64,000 bases of DNA from an uncultured Chloroflexia bacterium (GTDB taxonomy: Bacteria; Chloroflexota; Limnocylindria; Limnocylindrales; CSP1-4), in assembly GCA_963712745.1 (NCBI GenBank), contig CAVQJC010000005.1, forward strand, positions 160,001 to 224,000, written 5' to 3'. Under the pieces are notes generated by a model. The model saw nothing but the letters and a program-made list of their open reading frames with translations. It had not been told where the DNA came from and searched no databases. Shown one piece after another: positions 61,839 through 64,000 of this stretch. Both the position numbers and the translations under genes were made by a program. Positions within the stretch are counted from its first letter, which is position 1. Each line of letters opens with the position of its first letter.

Positions 61839-63134
61839 CTAGGCCCCGTCGGGACCGACCGATGGGGAGACCGCGTCGGGATCGACCAGCCGGGGTACCT
61901 CGTCGAGGTCGATCTCGCGCGCGAAGAGCCGGAAGAGCCCGGCCAGGAGGCGCTCGGCCGGATCGTTCGGTCGCTTGTGCCGCAGCGTCTGTCGGCGCAG
62001 CCACAGGATGGGTCGGCCCTGGAGTCGGCGCACGACCAGCCCCAGTCCGCCCAGGCCCGCGCTGAGCACCCGGCTCGGCACCGACCGTCCACGGCTGGGA
62101 TCGAGCTGGCCGCGCAGGCCCAGGTATACGAGGCGGCCGCCCGAGTGCGCCCGGTTCAGCTCGACGATGTCCACCGGGGACGGACGCTGGACGACGAGGG
62201 CGCGGCGCGCCAGGTCAAGCAGCAGGCGCTCGTTGCCGGGGCCGACCGCGTCGCCGACCGGCACCAGCGCGATCTCACCACGCGCGTCCAGTGCCCCTTC
62301 GTAGCCGTGCTCGCGCAGGAAGGCCGCGAGGTGCAGCGCGGCGAAGCGCCTGGCATCGGCGGACATGCCCGTGCGCCAGCGCCCCACGCTCGAGGTGTTC
62401 AGGGGCCCGGAGACGGACGCCTTCCACCACTCGTGCTCGGCGGCCACGTTGGCAGCGCTCGCGCGCGAGTCGAGCATGGCCGGCTCGTACTGCTCGCCGA
62501 TGAAGTCACAGATCGCGCGCAGCTGCGGTTCCGGGTCGCTCACCAGGTCCTCGTAGCGCAGCGTCATGGCCCCCGCGTCCGCCGCGATCCGCTGGCGTGA
62601 TGCACGGTCGTCCTGGTCGACGCGCACGAGGTTGCCCACCACCGAGTCCTTGGCGAAGGGCATGCCTGCCAGCGACAGGGCCACATCACGTGGATCGCGC
62701 ACGATGCGCACGATGCGGGCATCGGGCCAGAGATCGCGCAGCACATCGGTCATGAGCAGGTGGCGTGGGGTCTTCTCGATCCAGCGCGCCTTGCCCGCCC
62801 GCCGCATGTGGAGGACGGTCAGCGACTCGAGCATGGCCGCCAAAGACGGCGTCCGCTCGGTGAGGAACGAACCGATCTCGAAGAGCTCCAGGCCGAACAG
62901 CTCGACGACGGGATGACCCTGGTTCTGCAGCGAGGCGATGAAGTCGACGGCCGGCCGCGGCCAGGTCAAGGGGTCGAGGATGCGCGAGCGCTCCCCGGCC
63001 GAGACGTGGCGATAACGCGCGAAGAAGCGCGACTCCGGGCCGCAGTCGAGCCGTGGGTGCGCCGAGAGCATGGCCGAGAGCATGGTCGTCCCGGAGCGGG
63101 GCACGCCCACGACGAAGATGGGCGCGTCAGTCAT
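61839..63134 (-). CDS. Sulfotransferase (TPST-like, Sulfotransfer_3) with C-terminal extension
   Basis: IFVVGVPRSGTT, WIEKTP, IVRDPRDVALS, LRYEDLV, SVGRWR. Confidence 0.9.
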   Translation of the reverse strand: MTDAPIFVVGVPRSGTTMLSAMLSAHPRLDCGPESRFFARYRHVSAGERSRILDPLTWPRPAVDFIASLQNQGHPVVELFGLELFEIGSFLTERTPSLAAMLESLTVLHMRRAGKARWIEKTPRHLLMTDVLRDLWPDARIVRIVRDPRDVALSLAGMPFAKDSVVGNLVRVDQDDRASRQRIAADAGAMTLRYEDLVSDPEPQLRAICDFIGEQYEPAMLDSRASAANVAAEHEWWKASVSGPLNTSSVGRWRTGMSADARRFAALHLAAFLREHGYEGALDARGEIALVPVGDAVGPGNERLLLDLARRALVVQRPSPVDIVELNRAHSGGRLVYLGLRGQLDPSRGRSVPSRVLSAGLGGLGLVVRRLQGRPILWLRRQTLRHKRPNDPAERLLAGLFRLFAREIDLDEVPRLVDPDAVSPSVGPDGA

Positions 63135-63160
63135 CAGCGCTGCCAACGCCGGCCATCGCG

Positions 63161-64000
63161 CTAGTCATCGACGGCGTCGGCACCGGCGCGTTCGGGCAGG
63201 TCCTCGGCGCTTGTGAGGCCGACTGGCGCCGGCAGGTCATCGGCGCTTGCGAGGCCGAGGCGCCGGCAGGTCATCGGCGCTTGCGAGGCCGACTGGCGCC
63301 GGCAGGTCATCGGCGCTTGCGACGCCCACGAGCGCCGGCAGGTCTTCGGCCTCCATCGACGTGGCCAGCACCTGCAGCAGGCGGGCGATGACCCGCTCCC
63401 CGGCATCGTTGGGATGCCGCCTGATGAGGCTGAGCCGGCGCACCCACACCACCGGCCGTCCCTGCAGCCGTCGGGTCAACAGCAGCAGCCCCAGTCGCGC
63501 GAGATCGATCACGCGCCGCGACGTCGGGCGCTCGCGGTCGGGATCGAGCTGGCCGACGACCCCGAAGAACACCAGCGGCTCCTGCAGGTGCAGCTCCTCG
63601 ATGGTGTGCGGCACCGGCCGGCGGATGGCCACATCGGCGGCAGCGAGGCGCAGCAGCACATCGTCGTAGCGGGCGTTGACCGCATCGCCGGAGGGCACGA
63701 TGGCCAGCACCCTCTTGGCCGGCACCGCCTGGCCGTAGCCATGCTCCGTCAGCAGCGGGCCGAGGTTGAGAGCCACGTAGTGCTGGACGTCCGGCGGCAT
63801 CTCCTCAGCCCAGCGGCCCGAGCGCGAGCGGTCGAGCGGACCGGTGGCGTCCCCTTTCCACCACTCGTGGGCCGCCGCCACACCGGTCGCTGAGCTGCGG
63901 TCCTCCAGCATGGCCGGCTCGTAATCGACACCGACGAACTCGCAGATGCGCCCGAGTTCGCTCTCGGGCGTGGCCACGAGGTCCTCGTAGCGTACGGTCA
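63161..64000 (-). CDS. Sulfotransferase paralog, 3' part (5' end outside window); 2-bp loss in the C-terminal repeat
   Basis: VRYEDLVATPE..ICEFVG..YEPAML..HEWWK..GRW, collinear with 61839-63134. Confidence 0.85.
63185..63345. repeat. 36-bp tandem repeat ~x4.5 (ASADDLPAPVGL)
   Basis: GGCGCCGGCAGGTCATCGGCGCTTGCGAGGCCGACT units; one unit is 34 bp. Confidence 0.85.

Overview
High-GC bacterial DNA, almost entirely a large cell-surface glycan locus. Gene style, a sortase and the ppiase-cysC-mazG-rph-rdgB block suggest Chloroflexota or a similar monoderm (inference, not database-checked). The locus holds rmlABCD, a priming phosphoglycosyltransferase, Wzm/Wzt, many GT2/GT4/GT61 enzymes, eight sulfotransferase domains in seven genes plus APS kinase, methyl-, pyruvyl- and GNAT-transferases, and two amino-sugar modules (DesI/DesVI-like; FdtA/FdtB-like with GtrA/GtrB/GT-C). 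The ~4.2-32 kb block looks lower in GC than its flanks (judged by eye). Most notable: (1) a predicted sulfated, ABC-exported glycan system; (2) a coupled operon of priming GT, a twin half-SBP protein, an Ig-LPRTS-sortase fusion and a DUF4012 protein; (3) a Fic-HTH gene with a double inverted-repeat operator over its promoter and start codon; (4) eleven short tandem arrays, several with progressively drifting units, all outside the low-GC block; (5) a small MITE-like element. About a dozen genes carry frameshifts, mostly single extra bases, probably sequencing or assembly errors. No rRNA, tRNA, CRISPR array or integrase was seen.
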